Position numbers and translations under genes: made by a program. DNA of 64,000 bases from Vulcanimicrobiota bacterium (lineage in GTDB: Bacteria > Vulcanimicrobiota > Vulcanimicrobiia > Vulcanimicrobiales > Vulcanimicrobiaceae), in contig CAVTCS010000003.1 of NCBI GenBank assembly GCA_963733295.1, positions 2,176,001 to 2,240,000 of the forward strand, written 5' to 3'. This document shows positions 1 through 10,323 of the stretch, one piece after another; the stretch's first letter is position 1, and each line of letters begins with the position of its first letter. The notes below the pieces were generated by a model, which saw only the letters and a list, made by a program, of their open reading frames with translations, made no database searches and was not told the origin of the DNA.

Positions 1-548
1 TTGACGAGCGATTCCGTGCTGCGGCTTCGGAACGCTCCGCGCAATTTCGGGATAATGCAAAACGTGCACGGGTGGTCGCAGCCTTCGGCGACCTTCAGGT
101 ACGCGGTCGCGCGCGGCGTCGTGATCAAGCGCGGCAGAAAATCGTGTTCGGGCTCGGCTTCGAAGCCGAGGCGCACTGGCCCGAGACCGAGCCTGGCCTC
201 CTCGAGCACCTCGGCGATGGATGCGTACGCACCGGTTCCGACGATTCCGTCGATCTCGGGGACGAGCGCGCGCAACTCTTCTCCATAACGCTGCGCCAGG
301 CAGCCCGCGACGATCAACTGCTGGCCGGGACGCTTCGCGCCGGCATGCGCCAGAATCGTCTCGGTCGATTCGGCTTTGGCGGGATCGATGAAGGCACATG
401 TATTGATGACGACGGCGTCGGCTTCGGCCGTATCTGAAACCAAATCCCACCCGGACAAGCCGAGCTTGCCGATCATGACTTCAGAGTCGACCAAATTCTT
501 CGCGCAGCCGAGACTCACGAACGCGACGCGCGATGCCGTTTGCTTCAC
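1..548 (-). CDS. rimO: Ribosomal protein S12 methylthiotransferase (5' part; runs off the window edge)
   Basis: Not in the ORF track. My minus-strand translation from GTG 548 reads VKQTASRVAFVSLGCAKNLVDSEVM...VVINTCAFIDPAKAES...LIVAGCLAQRY, the UPF0004 N-terminal motifs of RimO. Confidence 0.92.
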   Translation of the reverse strand, partial: MKQTASRVAFVSLGCAKNLVDSEVMIGKLGLSGWDLVSDTAEADAVVINTCAFIDPAKAESTETILAHAGAKRPGQQLIVAGCLAQRYGEELRALVPEIDGIVGTGAYASIAEVLEEARLGLGPVRLGFEAEPEHDFLPRLITTPRATAYLKVAEGCDHPCTFCIIPKLRGAFRSRSTESLV

Positions 549-559
549 GATACTCCGGT

Positions 560-1048
560 TCAGCGGTAGTTGATGAACTGCAGCGGCAGTTCGTAGTCGA
601 GCGAGCGCAGCAGCTGTTGCACTTTTTGCAGATCGTCTCTGCTCTTGGAGGAGACGCGAATCTGCTCGTCCTGGTATTGCGCCTGCACCTTGAGCTTCGA
701 GGCTTTGATCGCCTCGATCAGCGGCTTGGATTTGTCCTTGGGAATGCCGCTTCGAATGGTAATCGTCTGCCGGAATGCCTGTTGAGTCGCCGGTTCGACT
801 TTCCCGTATTCGAAGGCCTTTAGCGAGATTCCGCGCTTGGTCGCCCTACTCTGCAAAACGTCGATCACGTTCTTGAGCTTGAGTTCGTCGTCGCTGAGAA
901 TCGTGATCGTGGTCGCTGTGCTCTCGATTTCCGTCTTGGAATTCTTGAAATCGAAGCGACCGGCGATCTCCTTGCGGGCCTGGTTGAGCGCGTTGTCGAG
1001 CTCCTGGGCGTCGACGCGCGACACGACATCGAAGGAAGAATCGGCCAT
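560..1048 (-). CDS. yajQ: YajQ family nucleotide/c-di-GMP-binding protein
   Basis: SFDVVS-x-VD...RFDFK...IRVSSKSRDDLQ...LPLQFINYR family motifs. Confidence 0.93.
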   Translation of the reverse strand: MADSSFDVVSRVDAQELDNALNQARKEIAGRFDFKNSKTEIESTATTITILSDDELKLKNVIDVLQSRATKRGISLKAFEYGKVEPATQQAFRQTITIRSGIPKDKSKPLIEAIKASKLKVQAQYQDEQIRVSSKSRDDLQKVQQLLRSLDYELPLQFINYR

Positions 1049-1855
1049 TTACTCCTCGACTAGGGCGTAGGTCTTCTCGACGACTTCCCCGCTCCGCCCC
1101 ATCTTCCCGAGGTCCTTCCCGCCGACAACGAGATCGACGCCGCCGGCGTTCCCGGTGCGGACGTAGGCACTCCGGCCGTAAAATGTCTTGAGCGTCCCCG
1201 GCGGATAGATGCCCTCCATCTGACGCCGGCCGTCAATGTCGACCCGAACCCAGGCTCGCGCGCTGATCGCCACTTCGAGGGAAGCCGGAACGGCCGAGGC
1301 GCTCGGGGTCGGACTCGGCGTCGTAACCAGATCGCCCGGGTTCGATTCGGGGGAGCTCAGGCCGGCAGTCCCCGGCTCTTCGGATGCTTCGGCCGAGGGC
1401 GAGGGCGAGGCGGCTCCGGGTTCGACGGGTGCGGGCGAAACGCCCAGCTCGCCGCCCGCATCGGGCGTCGCGGCGACCCCCGAGGTCTGGAGCTGGTAGT
1501 AGTTATAGCCGACGAAGCAAAGCAAGACGACCGCCGCCGCCCCCGCGAGCCAGATCCAGATCGACGGGCCGCGCCGGCGGGCCGGGGCGACGCGAACCGG
1601 GCCGTCCGATTCACGCTCGGCCTCCTCCATGTCGGAGTTGTAGGCCTCGACGGCGGTTTCGGGGTCGAGGCCCAAAAAGCGCGCATACGTTCGAATAAAG
1701 CCCCGAACGTAGACCGGAGCGGCGATCGCCGACCAATCCTCTTGCTCGATGCTTTGGAGGTACACCGACCGGATGTGGATTTGATCCGATACATCCGCTA
1801 GCGACAGATGCCTCGCTTCGCGGGCAGCGCGAAACTCATCCCCGAGCCCAGGCAT
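1049..1855 (-). CDS. RodZ-like protein (HTH, TM helix, C-terminal DUF4115)
   Basis: N-terminal HTH (YVRGFIRTYARFLGLD), one TM helix, Pro/Ser linker, and C-terminal AWVRV...TGNAGGV. Confidence 0.85.
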   Translation of the reverse strand: MPGLGDEFRAAREARHLSLADVSDQIHIRSVYLQSIEQEDWSAIAAPVYVRGFIRTYARFLGLDPETAVEAYNSDMEEAERESDGPVRVAPARRRGPSIWIWLAGAAAVVLLCFVGYNYYQLQTSGVAATPDAGGELGVSPAPVEPGAASPSPSAEASEEPGTAGLSSPESNPGDLVTTPSPTPSASAVPASLEVAISARAWVRVDIDGRRQMEGIYPPGTLKTFYGRSAYVRTGNAGGVDLVVGGKDLGKMGRSGEVVEKTYALVEE

Positions 1856-1899
1856 GCGCTTTGTGTTTGCGCCGTTGCCGGGTTATCCTGTAACACAGC

Positions 1900-2988
1900 A
1901 TGTCCGGGAAAGTACGCGTCGTCGCGGCGATGAGCGGCGGAGTCGATTCAGCCGTTGCGGCCGCTCTTTTGGTGGAGCGAGGCTTCGACGTCGTCGGAGT
2001 GACGATGAAGATGTACGCGCCGACGCGCCCGGCACACGCGAAGTCGTGTTGCGGTGCGGAGGATTTTGACGACGCGCGCCGCTGCGCAGCGCTCCTGGGG
2101 ATACCTCACTACGTCCTCGACTTCGAGGAAACGTTCCGGCGCAGCGTCGTGGATCGCTTCGTTACCGACTACCGCAGCGGACGCACGCCCAATCCGTGCG
2201 TCGCCTGTAACAACTTCGTGAAGCTGGGAACGCTGGGCCAATATGCCGCGCGCGTGGGCGCGCGCTACGTGGCCACAGGTCACTACGCGCGGCTCGAACA
2301 CACCGCCGGCGGTCCGCACCTCTTTCGCGCCGACCCGCTCAAGGATCAGTCGTACGCTCTCGCACAGTTGACTCGGGCTCAGCTGGACGGACTGCTTTTG
2401 CCGCTGGGTGCGCTCGACAAAACGCAGACGCGCGCGGAAGCCGCGCGGCTCGGTTTGGCGATTGCCGAGAAACCCGATTCGCAAGACATCTGTTTCGTCG
2501 AGGGCGGCGACTACCGCAGCGTGCTCGAGCGTGCGGTCCCGGAGGAAGAGCTCGCGGGATCGATCGTCACGACGCGCGGCGAGCCGGTCGGCGTTCACGC
2601 GGGAATCTCGCACTACACCGTCGGTCAGCGCCGCGGTCTCCCGGCGACGAACTTCAACGACGGCCCGCGTTACGTGACGCGCATCGATTCGTCTACGGGA
2701 ACGATCGTGATCGGCCGCGAGGAAGAGTTGTATTCGAGTGCGCTGCGCGCCGACGAACTCAACCTGATCCGCCCCGAGCGCTTTGCGGCCGGACCCTTAC
2801 GCGTTCTGGCGATGACGCGCTATCGCGCTCCGCTCAACTTTGCTCGGGCGACGGTCGAGGAAGGAGCGAAGCTGCGTCTCGACTTCGAGGCACCTGAGCG
2901 CGCGATCGCGCCGGGGCAGCTCGTCGCGCTCTACGACGAAGGCGGCGCGGAAGTGCTCGGGGCGGCCACGATCCGCGAGGCGCTTTAG
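1900..2988 (+). CDS. mnmA: tRNA 2-thiouridine(34) synthase
   Basis: [42 protein letters not shown] and APGQ motifs. Confidence 0.96.
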   Translation: MSGKVRVVAAMSGGVDSAVAAALLVERGFDVVGVTMKMYAPTRPAHAKSCCGAEDFDDARRCAALLGIPHYVLDFEETFRRSVVDRFVTDYRSGRTPNPCVACNNFVKLGTLGQYAARVGARYVATGHYARLEHTAGGPHLFRADPLKDQSYALAQLTRAQLDGLLLPLGALDKTQTRAEAARLGLAIAEKPDSQDICFVEGGDYRSVLERAVPEEELAGSIVTTRGEPVGVHAGISHYTVGQRRGLPATNFNDGPRYVTRIDSSTGTIVIGREEELYSSALRADELNLIRPERFAAGPLRVLAMTRYRAPLNFARATVEEGAKLRLDFEAPERAIAPGQLVALYDEGGAEVLGAATIREAL

Positions 2989-3762
2989 TTGGAGATTCCT
3001 CGAAATCACTTCAAAGCGGCGCTGCGCGAGGGGCGATCGCAGATCGGGATCTGGAACTCGCTATGCAGCAACTTCTCGACCGAAGTGATCGCGGGCGCCG
3101 GTTTTGACTGCATCGTCATCGATATGGAACACGCGCCGAACGAGGTCTTCGGCGTCTTGTCCCAGCTTCAAGCGATCGCCCCGTACGAAGGCGTCTCCGC
3201 GATCGTGCGGCCGCCTTGGAACGATCCGGTCACCATCAAGCGCGTGCTCGATGCCGGCGCGCAGACGCTGCTGATTCCGTACGTGCAGAGCGTAGAGGAA
3301 GCGAAGCGCGCGGTCGAAGCCACGCGCTATCCGCCCGACGGCTTCCGCGGGGTGGCCGTCGCGACGCGCGCGAATCGCTGGGGCCGCGTGAAAGACTATT
3401 TCAAGCGCGTGAACGACGAGCTCTGCGTCGTCGTTCAGCTCGAGACGACCGTCGCGCTCGAGCACCTCGAGGAGATTGCGAACCTTGACGGCATCGATTG
3501 TATTTTCATCGGGCCTTCCGATCTTTCGGCTTCGCTCGGGCACCTCGGCAACGCTCAGGCGCCGGAAGTACGCGCTGCGATCGACGACGCATTCGCGCGC
3601 ACCAAACGCGCCGGCAAGGCAGCGGGCATCCTGATGACGCTCGAGTCCGAAGCGCGGCGCTACGTTAAGGAAGGCGTGCAATTCGTGGCGATAGGCTCGG
3701 ACGTCGGCCTGCTCGCTCGTGGCGCCGAGGCGCTGGCCGGAAAACTCAAGACCCTCCCATAA
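2989..3762 (+). CDS. HpcH/HpaI class II pyruvate aldolase family protein
   Basis: [32 protein letters not shown] and [15 protein letters not shown] start directly after the mnmA stop. Confidence 0.88.
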   Translation: MEIPRNHFKAALREGRSQIGIWNSLCSNFSTEVIAGAGFDCIVIDMEHAPNEVFGVLSQLQAIAPYEGVSAIVRPPWNDPVTIKRVLDAGAQTLLIPYVQSVEEAKRAVEATRYPPDGFRGVAVATRANRWGRVKDYFKRVNDELCVVVQLETTVALEHLEEIANLDGIDCIFIGPSDLSASLGHLGNAQAPEVRAAIDDAFARTKRAGKAAGILMTLESEARRYVKEGVQFVAIGSDVGLLARGAEALAGKLKTLP

Positions 3763-3772
3763 GAGGAAGGCA

Positions 3773-4150
3773 ATGGCCAACATACGGATCGAGAATGGCT
3801 ACCTGGACATCGAGCTTTCATTGCTCGACGCGCTGCTGGCCTTTCACGGCTCTTTTCACATTCCGCTCGCGCACGTGACCAACGCGTACGTCAGCTCGTT
3901 CGAGGATCTCCGCCTGCAATGGAAGCTGCTCGGAACTGGGCTCGGCTACATCAAAGAAGCGGGGATCTTCTCGACGCCGGAGGGCATTATCTTTTGCGAT
4001 ATCAGCGGCGCAAAGGATTGCGTCGTGATCGAGACGCGAGGCGAGCGTTTTCCGCGCATCGCAGTGCAGCCACCGAAAGGTCAAGACCCGAGCGCTCTGG
4101 CTCACCAGATCGTCCAGAACGTGCCGGACAGCGGTCCGGTCGAAACGTAA
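3773..4150 (+). CDS. Hypothetical protein
   Basis: ATG 3773 follows an SD-like GAGGAAGG; the 125-aa product looks globular and fills the gap in the operon. Confidence 0.7.
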   Translation: MANIRIENGYLDIELSLLDALLAFHGSFHIPLAHVTNAYVSSFEDLRLQWKLLGTGLGYIKEAGIFSTPEGIIFCDISGAKDCVVIETRGERFPRIAVQPPKGQDPSALAHQIVQNVPDSGPVET

Positions 4151-4171
4151 TATCAACGAATCGCATTTGAG

Positions 4172-4690
4172 TCAGTCAGGGCGTAAGCGCAGCTCGTAGG
4201 CGAGGTGTTCTTCTTCGCTGCCGTCGGGCCAGCGATACGGTTGATCTTCGGTCCACGTAAAGCCGGAGCGCACGATCGCACGCCGCGAAGGTTCGTTCGA
4301 GCGCCGGTGGCCGACGACTGCCCGGCGAAAGCGCGGACGAGCTCGCGCCCAGGCTACGCGCGTTTGGTAGAAAAGCGCGACGAGGCCACGTCCGCGAAAT
4401 TCCGGCAAGATGTACGACATGCCCAGCGCCGCGGTCCGCCCGGTCGGGTCGTTGCGATCCGTAAAGACGCCGCTGATGCCGACGAGGCGAGCGCCGTCGA
4501 ACAAACCGAAGACTTGGTGTTCCGCGTCGCCGGTCGCCAGTGCAATCCACTCCTCCTCGGCGCGCTGTGCTTCCGCTTCGTACGTGCTGAAGAAGAGGCC
4601 AGGCTCAGTTTGCAGTGCGTGCAGTCGCAGCTCGCGAAGCGCGCGCCAATCCTGCGAGCCCAGCTCTCTCAGCGTGACGCCGGCCGCCAT
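4172..4690 (-). CDS. GNAT family N-acetyltransferase
   Basis: YILPEFRGRGL acetyl-CoA motif and N-x-x-S...GF C-terminal motif. Confidence 0.85.
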   Translation of the reverse strand: MAAGVTLRELGSQDWRALRELRLHALQTEPGLFFSTYEAEAQRAEEEWIALATGDAEHQVFGLFDGARLVGISGVFTDRNDPTGRTAALGMSYILPEFRGRGLVALFYQTRVAWARARPRFRRAVVGHRRSNEPSRRAIVRSGFTWTEDQPYRWPDGSEEEHLAYELRLRPD

Positions 4691-4702
4691 CGAAGGTTTG
4701 GA

Positions 4703-5788
4703 CTAACTAGCGGTTGCGAGCGCCATCTGCGGCCGCAGATTCCAGTACGTGTCGCGGATGACGGGACGGAATCCGGCGCCGATAACCAGCTCTTCGAGCT
4801 GTTTGCGCGTCGCCTCGTTCGTCGAGCCGGCGTCGTGAACGACGCGCTCCTCGAGAATCGTGCCGCCCATGTCGTCGCAGCCATAGAACAGCGCGAGCTG
4901 CCCCATCTTCAAACCCGGAGTAAGCCATGAGGCCTGCAGGTGCGGCACGTTGTCGAGATAGAGCCGCGAGATCGCGAGAACCCGCAGATACTCGAGACCG
5001 CTCGACTCGGTGCCGCGCAGCGGCGTCTTGAACGGAACGTAGTACCATGGGATAAAGGCCGTGAAGCCGCCGGTCTCGTCTTGCAAGCCGCGCACCGCAT
5101 CGAGATGGGCGATGCGTTCCGCTTTCGTCTCGATCGAGCCAAACATCATCGTCGCCGTCGTCGGCATGCCGAGCAGTTGCGCCTCGCGCATCACGCCGAG
5201 CCACGCGTCGGGTTTTACCTTGCGCGCGCTGATGCGCTTGCGCACGCGTTCGACAAGAATCTCGGCGCCGGCGCCCGGCAGCGACTTCATGCCGGCGGCC
5301 TTGAGCCGCACCAGCACGTCGTGCGTCGTCATCTGCTCGACGCTCGCCAAGCCGACGACCTCGGAGACCGAGAGCGAATGGATGTCGACCTCGGGGTATT
5401 CGACCCGCACTCGCTCGAACAGCCGCTCGAACCACTCTAGGCGCAGCTCCGGATTGACGCCGCCCTGAATCATGATCTGCGTCGCGCCTTGTTCGGCCGC
5501 CCAACGCACGCGGCCCAGCACGTCGTCGTGCGACATCGTGTAACCTTCGCCGTGTTTTTCGGGCCGGAAAAAGGCGCAGAACGTGCAGTGCACGTTGCAC
5601 ACGTTCGTGTAGTTGATGGTCGTGTCGATGACGTACGTCACGTCGTTCGACGGATAGAGCGACATTCTGCGGCGGTGCGCGGCGGCGCCGAGATCGTGCA
5701 GCGCCGCGTTCTCGTAGAGCAGAACGCCCTCATCGTAACTCAGGCGGCCACCTGAAGCCGCCCGCTCGAGAAGCTCAGCGAGCGGCAA
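4703..5788 (-). CDS. mqnC: Cyclic dehypoxanthinyl futalosine synthase (radical SAM, CofH/MqnC family)
   Basis: NYTNVCNVHCTFCAF (CxxxCxxC), SLPGAGAEIL, TTATMMFG and LQASW; adjacent to mqnE. Confidence 0.82.
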   Translation of the reverse strand: MPLAELLERAASGGRLSYDEGVLLYENAALHDLGAAAHRRRMSLYPSNDVTYVIDTTINYTNVCNVHCTFCAFFRPEKHGEGYTMSHDDVLGRVRWAAEQGATQIMIQGGVNPELRLEWFERLFERVRVEYPEVDIHSLSVSEVVGLASVEQMTTHDVLVRLKAAGMKSLPGAGAEILVERVRKRISARKVKPDAWLGVMREAQLLGMPTTATMMFGSIETKAERIAHLDAVRGLQDETGGFTAFIPWYYVPFKTPLRGTESSGLEYLRVLAISRLYLDNVPHLQASWLTPGLKMGQLALFYGCDDMGGTILEERVVHDAGSTNEATRKQLEELVIGAGFRPVIRDTYWNLRPQMALATAS

Positions 5789-6908
5789 CGAGCGCCTCTT
5801 CGGGTTTCCAGTCGTAGGCGAACTCGTCGTAAGTCGAATTGCGGCGAACCGGTACGTATCCGATTTCCTCGATGAGACGCCGGAACTCCCGATCGTCGAC
5901 GTACTGTCCCGACTGCGTGCCCGCGCTGTGGTAGATGCGCTCCTCGTCGGTCGAGCCGTGCGTACCGTCCATGTCGTCGGCGCCGAACTGCAAGGCCACT
6001 TGACAGACCTTGATGCCTTGGATCATCCAATAGGCCTTAATGTGATCGAAGTTATACAACATCAAGCGCGCGGTCGCGAACATGCGGATGTCGTCGAGGC
6101 CGCTCGTCCAGCCGTAGTGCGAGAGCTCGTTGCCGTCGGGATGAAACGCGAGGGGGATGAACGCGTTGAAACCGGGCGAGCGTTCCTGGGATTCGCGCAG
6201 CGCGATCAAGTGCTCGACCCGTTCCTCGAGCGTCTCGACGGTTCCGTACAACATCGTCGCGTTCGAGGCGATGCCGTGGCGGTGAGCGACCTCGTGAATC
6301 TTCAACCAGTTCTCCGCATCGACCTTATTGGCGCAAACGAGCTTGCGGTAACGGGCGCTAAAGACTTCTGCCCCGCCGCCGTTGATGTTGTCGAGTCCCG
6401 CCTCGCGGAGTCGACCCAGGATCTCGTCGTACGTCAAGCGGTGCCGGCGCGCGAGATAATCGATCTCGGCCGCCGTAAAAAGCGAGAGTTGCACGTGCGG
6501 CAGCGCTTCTTTGAAGCGGCGCATCAGCGGAAGCCAGTAGTCGAGCGAGAGCTGGCGCGGATCGTGGCCACCCACGATGTGCAATTGATTGAAGTTCGGA
6601 CCGGTCTCGAGCGCCTTGGCGAAGACTTCGTCGGCACCCATGCGGACCGCCGCGCCGTCCTTCTCCTCCTTCGCGAACGAACAGAACTTGCAGTGCGCGT
6701 AACAGACGTTGGTCGAGTTGATGTAGCGATTCAGAACGTAAAAGACTTTGTTTCCGCTCTTACGCTCCTTCTCGCGTTTCGCCAACCGGCCGAGCGTGTG
6801 AAGATCCTGCGTCTGCAACATCGCGACGCCGTCATCTTTCGAGAGCGGAATGCCCTCGTCGAGTTTGTTTTCGACGGCGCGCAGCGCTGGATCGGTAACG
6901 AATGACAC
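5775..6908 (-). CDS. mqnE: Aminofutalosine synthase (radical SAM)
   Basis: TNVCYAHCKFCSF, LHIVGG, FTAAEI, SNATMLYG, AFIPLAFHP and HIKAYW. Confidence 0.85.
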   Translation of the reverse strand: MSFVTDPALRAVENKLDEGIPLSKDDGVAMLQTQDLHTLGRLAKREKERKSGNKVFYVLNRYINSTNVCYAHCKFCSFAKEEKDGAAVRMGADEVFAKALETGPNFNQLHIVGGHDPRQLSLDYWLPLMRRFKEALPHVQLSLFTAAEIDYLARRHRLTYDEILGRLREAGLDNINGGGAEVFSARYRKLVCANKVDAENWLKIHEVAHRHGIASNATMLYGTVETLEERVEHLIALRESQERSPGFNAFIPLAFHPDGNELSHYGWTSGLDDIRMFATARLMLYNFDHIKAYWMIQGIKVCQVALQFGADDMDGTHGSTDEERIYHSAGTQSGQYVDDREFRRLIEEIGYVPVRRNSTYDEFAYDWKPEEALVAAR

Positions 6909-7007
6909 TTCCGGGCTTACCTCGTGAACGCGAACTGAATGACTCTACGGAGTTACCCGTTCGACCCCATCCTCAGCAACGACTGCCGGAACCCGGCAAG
7001 GTGACTT

Positions 7008-7643
7008 TTATCGCGCTTCGGCCTGCGCGGCGGCCGCTCGAGCAGGCTTCGTCGAGGCTCGCAGGACCACAGCAATCTCGAAAGCTAGCGCGCTGATTCC
7101 GAGCAGATAGCCCCCGAGAAGGTCGCTCGGAAAGTGAACCCCGAGCGCCAGCCGCGACCAACCGATGGCAAGGATCCAAACCGCGACAGCAGCCAGGATC
7201 GCGGCCCTCGCACCCAGGGGCAGTCCGCTGCGCCAAACGAGATAGGCCCAAAAACCGTAGAACGCCGTGGCCAGCACCGCGTGACCGCTCGGGTACGAAT
7301 ACGAAGGCTCGCGCAGCGCGAACCAATGTTCGGGCCGAGGCCGCTGGAGCGTCAGCTTTACGAGGTCGCTGACCTTCCAAGTCACGACGAGGCCGACGAC
7401 GGAAATCGCGATCGGCGTCAGCCATTTGCGGCGCAGCACGCCCACGATCAACAATATCGCGCAGAGCGTGGCGTAAACCGGAAACTGTCCGGCGCGCGTG
7501 AGAAGCGTCGCAAGTGGAAGCGCAACGCCGCCGAGCGATTCTGCCGCGAGGTCGAAGTACCCCGGCGGTCGAGACGACACGGCGATTCCGAGGCCAAGAC
7601 ACGCGACGAGCGCCACGATTCCGGTGACGATCGCCGCGCGCAT
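7008..7643 (-). CDS. PAP2 family membrane phosphatase
   Basis: KxxxxRPRP, SYPSGHA and SRLALGVHFPSD motifs. Confidence 0.9.
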   Translation of the reverse strand: MRAAIVTGIVALVACLGLGIAVSSRPPGYFDLAAESLGGVALPLATLLTRAGQFPVYATLCAILLIVGVLRRKWLTPIAISVVGLVVTWKVSDLVKLTLQRPRPEHWFALREPSYSYPSGHAVLATAFYGFWAYLVWRSGLPLGARAAILAAVAVWILAIGWSRLALGVHFPSDLLGGYLLGISALAFEIAVVLRASTKPARAAAAQAEAR

Positions 7644-10313
7644 CTACGGTGCCGCGGGCCGGATCAGAACTTGGACGAATCCGTCAGGACGTATCCAGCG
7701 CGCTGCCGCGACGCGCACGTCTTGGGCGGAAGCGCCGAGTTCGGCGCGCGCGATGCGGTAATCGTCATCGAGCGGCAGACCTTGCGACGCGTCGTAGACG
7801 AAGCGCTGTGCCAAACCGCTGTAGCTCTGTCCCGTCAGCGCGACGGTGCTGACCAGCCGCGCCTTCGCCCGCAGCAGCCGTTCCGCGCCGATCGGCGTGG
7901 ACCGTACGCCCCGCAAGTCGCGCAGGAAAACGGCTTGGGCCTTTGCGAGATTCTCCGGCGCGCACGCGTAGGCGACGTCGAAGGTCGAGCGAGTGCGGCC
8001 CGTTGCCAGCCCCGTTTGCACGAAGTAGACGTAGCCGGTCGTTACGCGCATATCGCGGTAGAGCAGCGACGAGAAGTCACCGCTGAGGACGGTGTTCGCG
8101 ACTTCGAGCGGCGCCAAATCGGGGTCGGTATTCGAAAGCGGCAAAGTTTCGCGCAGGCTGACGGTATCCTGAACCCGGCCGTTGGCGGGAATCGACTGCG
8201 CCGCCGGCGCGTTGTCGGCGACCGGAGACGGAAAGACCTGCGGCCGAGGCCCGCTGCTGCGCCATGCGCCGAACCAGCGTTCCACTACGGCGCGCGCTTC
8301 CGCAGGCGTGACGTCGCCGACGATCGCGAGCGTCGTGAGATCCGGACGGAACGTTTTCGCGTAGTACGCTCGGACCTGATCGAGCGTCAATTGCGTGACG
8401 TCTTGCGAAGAAGCGAAGTGGCGTGCCGGATCGCCTTTGGGAAAGAGACCATTCGCCGCGGCGACGGCGGCCAAGTGATTGGGACTCGTCGCTTCTCCCG
8501 CGAGCGCCGCCGCCTGCTGCGCCTGAACGGTTGCAAAGCCGGCTTGCGGCAGCGCGGGATGGAGCTCGTCGTCGGCGAGCAGCTGCAAGCCACGCTCGAA
8601 GTGCGAACGCAAAACGGTCAGCGAGAAATTGTAGCCGGCCGTGGCCGTCGCGGCAATCGCGTCCAGCTGCGCTTGGTAGCCGAGACGCGAATACGAGGTC
8701 GTGCCGAACGGCAACAGATTCTCGACGACGCTTCCGACGCCGGCCTCACCGGCCGGCTCTTCGAGGCCGGCGTCGTGCAGCACGGTCCCCGAAACGACGA
8801 CCGCCGAACTCGCACGCTCCGGTTGCACCACGACGCGCAAGCCGTTCGGCAGCGTGAAGAACGTCGGATCGATCGTCTTTTCCGGCACGCGTAAGCGCTG
8901 CAGCGCGGCCATGGCCCAGGCCGGCAGCGGCTCGATGCGCGACGGGGTGTTCTTCGCACTCTCCGACGCCGGAGCGCCGCTGCCGCCCTCACTTCCCGAG
9001 GCTCCGTTCTTCGGGACGGCGTACGCAACGGCGGCCGTCGCGTTGACGAGATACTGGCGCAGCACGCGGTTCACGTCGGAAGGCGTTACGCGCTCGATCG
9101 CCGCGATGTCGTCACCCGGCGGCCTGTGCTCGACCGCGAGTGCGCTGCTCCACAGATTCGCCAAGCCTTGCAACGAGTCCGCAGCGATCTCGAATTGGGC
9201 GACCTCGCGCTCTTTCGCCGCCTCGACGAGACTTGCCGGGACGCCGTGCGCCTGATAGTTCGCGACGGCGTGCTTCACGTCACCCGCCGCGGCGAGCGGG
9301 CTCGCACCTGCCGGCACGTGCGAGAGAATCGCGACGTAACCGGCCTTCGGAAAGGGGCTCGTGTCCGCTTCGATCGCGAGGGCGCGTCCCGAAGCGACGA
9401 GCGCCGCGAGGTCAGCGCGAGCGCTGTTGAGCACGTCGCCCAAAACGACGGAGGCCGCGTAGTCGGGGCTCGCATAACCCGGAAAGCGATAACCGACGAG
9501 CACGGCGGTGCTGCTCTGATCGCTCGTGTCGGTATAGAGAGCCGGTGCGAGCGGCAGCAGCGTTCCGGCGTGGTGGGCCGGCAGCGGCGCCGCCGGCAAC
9601 GCGCCAAAGAGGCGCTCGACCGTCGCAAAGGCGGTCGCCGGCTCGATGTCTCCGGCGATCACGTAAAGCGCGTTGTTGGGGTGATACCAAGTGTGATAGA
9701 ACGCCTTTAACTGCGGCGCTTGGATCTGATGCGTGAAGCTCTCGACGGTTCCGAGCCCTTCGTTCGTATAGGGCGTGCCGGCCATCAAGTGGTGCTGCAG
9801 TTTCACGCCGAGGCGGAAGAGCGCATCGCTGTTGTCGGCCGCGACTTCTTGCAAGATCGCACCGCGCTCTTCGTTCCAGTCCTTTTGCGAATCCAGAAGC
9901 TCACCGAAGCGCGTCGCATCCATGCGCAGCGCGATCTCGAGATCTTCTGCCGGGACGACGTGGTAGTACTGCGTGATCTCGTTTTGCGTATCCGCGTCGT
10001 CGACGTCGCCCATGAAGCCTGCGATCTCGTCGGCTTGCGCGCCGCTGAGGGAGGTACTGCCGCGGTAGAACATGTGCTCTTGCGCGTGGGCGAGGCCCGT
10101 GAACGGTTCGTCGTCGGAACCCGCTTCGACGTTGAGCCAGGTCGTCACGACCGGCGCCAACACGTCGCGCAGCACGACGACGCGCAATCCGTTCGGCAGG
10201 GTCCGCTGAGCGACCGTGAGGCCGCTGCTCACCCTCGAGCCCGGGGCCGGCGCGGCCGAGCCGGGGACCGCGCCGGTGCCCGCGATCGCGACGGCGGCGA
10301 GCGCCGCCAGCAA
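7644..10313 (-). CDS. Secreted M16 (pitrilysin/PqqL-like) zinc protease with fused two-half architecture
   Basis: HAQEH (HxxEH), two TLPNGLRVVV repeats and WYHPNNA; signal-peptide-like LLAALAAVAIAG. Start estimated at TTG 10313, just after the ftsK stop. Confidence 0.85.
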   Translation of the reverse strand: MLAALAAVAIAGTGAVPGSAAPAPGSRVSSGLTVAQRTLPNGLRVVVLRDVLAPVVTTWLNVEAGSDDEPFTGLAHAQEHMFYRGSTSLSGAQADEIAGFMGDVDDADTQNEITQYYHVVPAEDLEIALRMDATRFGELLDSQKDWNEERGAILQEVAADNSDALFRLGVKLQHHLMAGTPYTNEGLGTVESFTHQIQAPQLKAFYHTWYHPNNALYVIAGDIEPATAFATVERLFGALPAAPLPAHHAGTLLPLAPALYTDTSDQSSTAVLVGYRFPGYASPDYAASVVLGDVLNSARADLAALVASGRALAIEADTSPFPKAGYVAILSHVPAGASPLAAAGDVKHAVANYQAHGVPASLVEAAKEREVAQFEIAADSLQGLANLWSSALAVEHRPPGDDIAAIERVTPSDVNRVLRQYLVNATAAVAYAVPKNGASGSEGGSGAPASESAKNTPSRIEPLPAWAMAALQRLRVPEKTIDPTFFTLPNGLRVVVQPERASSAVVVSGTVLHDAGLEEPAGEAGVGSVVENLLPFGTTSYSRLGYQAQLDAIAATATAGYNFSLTVLRSHFERGLQLLADDELHPALPQAGFATVQAQQAAALAGEATSPNHLAAVAAANGLFPKGDPARHFASSQDVTQLTLDQVRAYYAKTFRPDLTTLAIVGDVTPAEARAVVERWFGAWRSSGPRPQVFPSPVADNAPAAQSIPANGRVQDTVSLRETLPLSNTDPDLAPLEVANTVLSGDFSSLLYRDMRVTTGYVYFVQTGLATGRTRSTFDVAYACAPENLAKAQAVFLRDLRGVRSTPIGAERLLRAKARLVSTVALTGQSYSGLAQRFVYDASQGLPLDDDYRIARAELGASAQDVRVAAARWIRPDGFVQVLIRPAAP

Positions 10314-10323
10314 GCGACGCGGC

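Noticed and set aside
6909..7007. Possible riboswitch upstream of mqnE
   Set aside because: Only a short TGCCGG/CCGGCA hairpin is visible, with no recognisable SAM or other aptamer consensus.
7134..8894. Long alternative-frame ORFs (e.g. 7134-8894, 17854-19326, 32595-33926, 38932-40587)
   Set aside because: Arg/Ala-rich shadows of clear genes, expected at high GC, with no family motifs.
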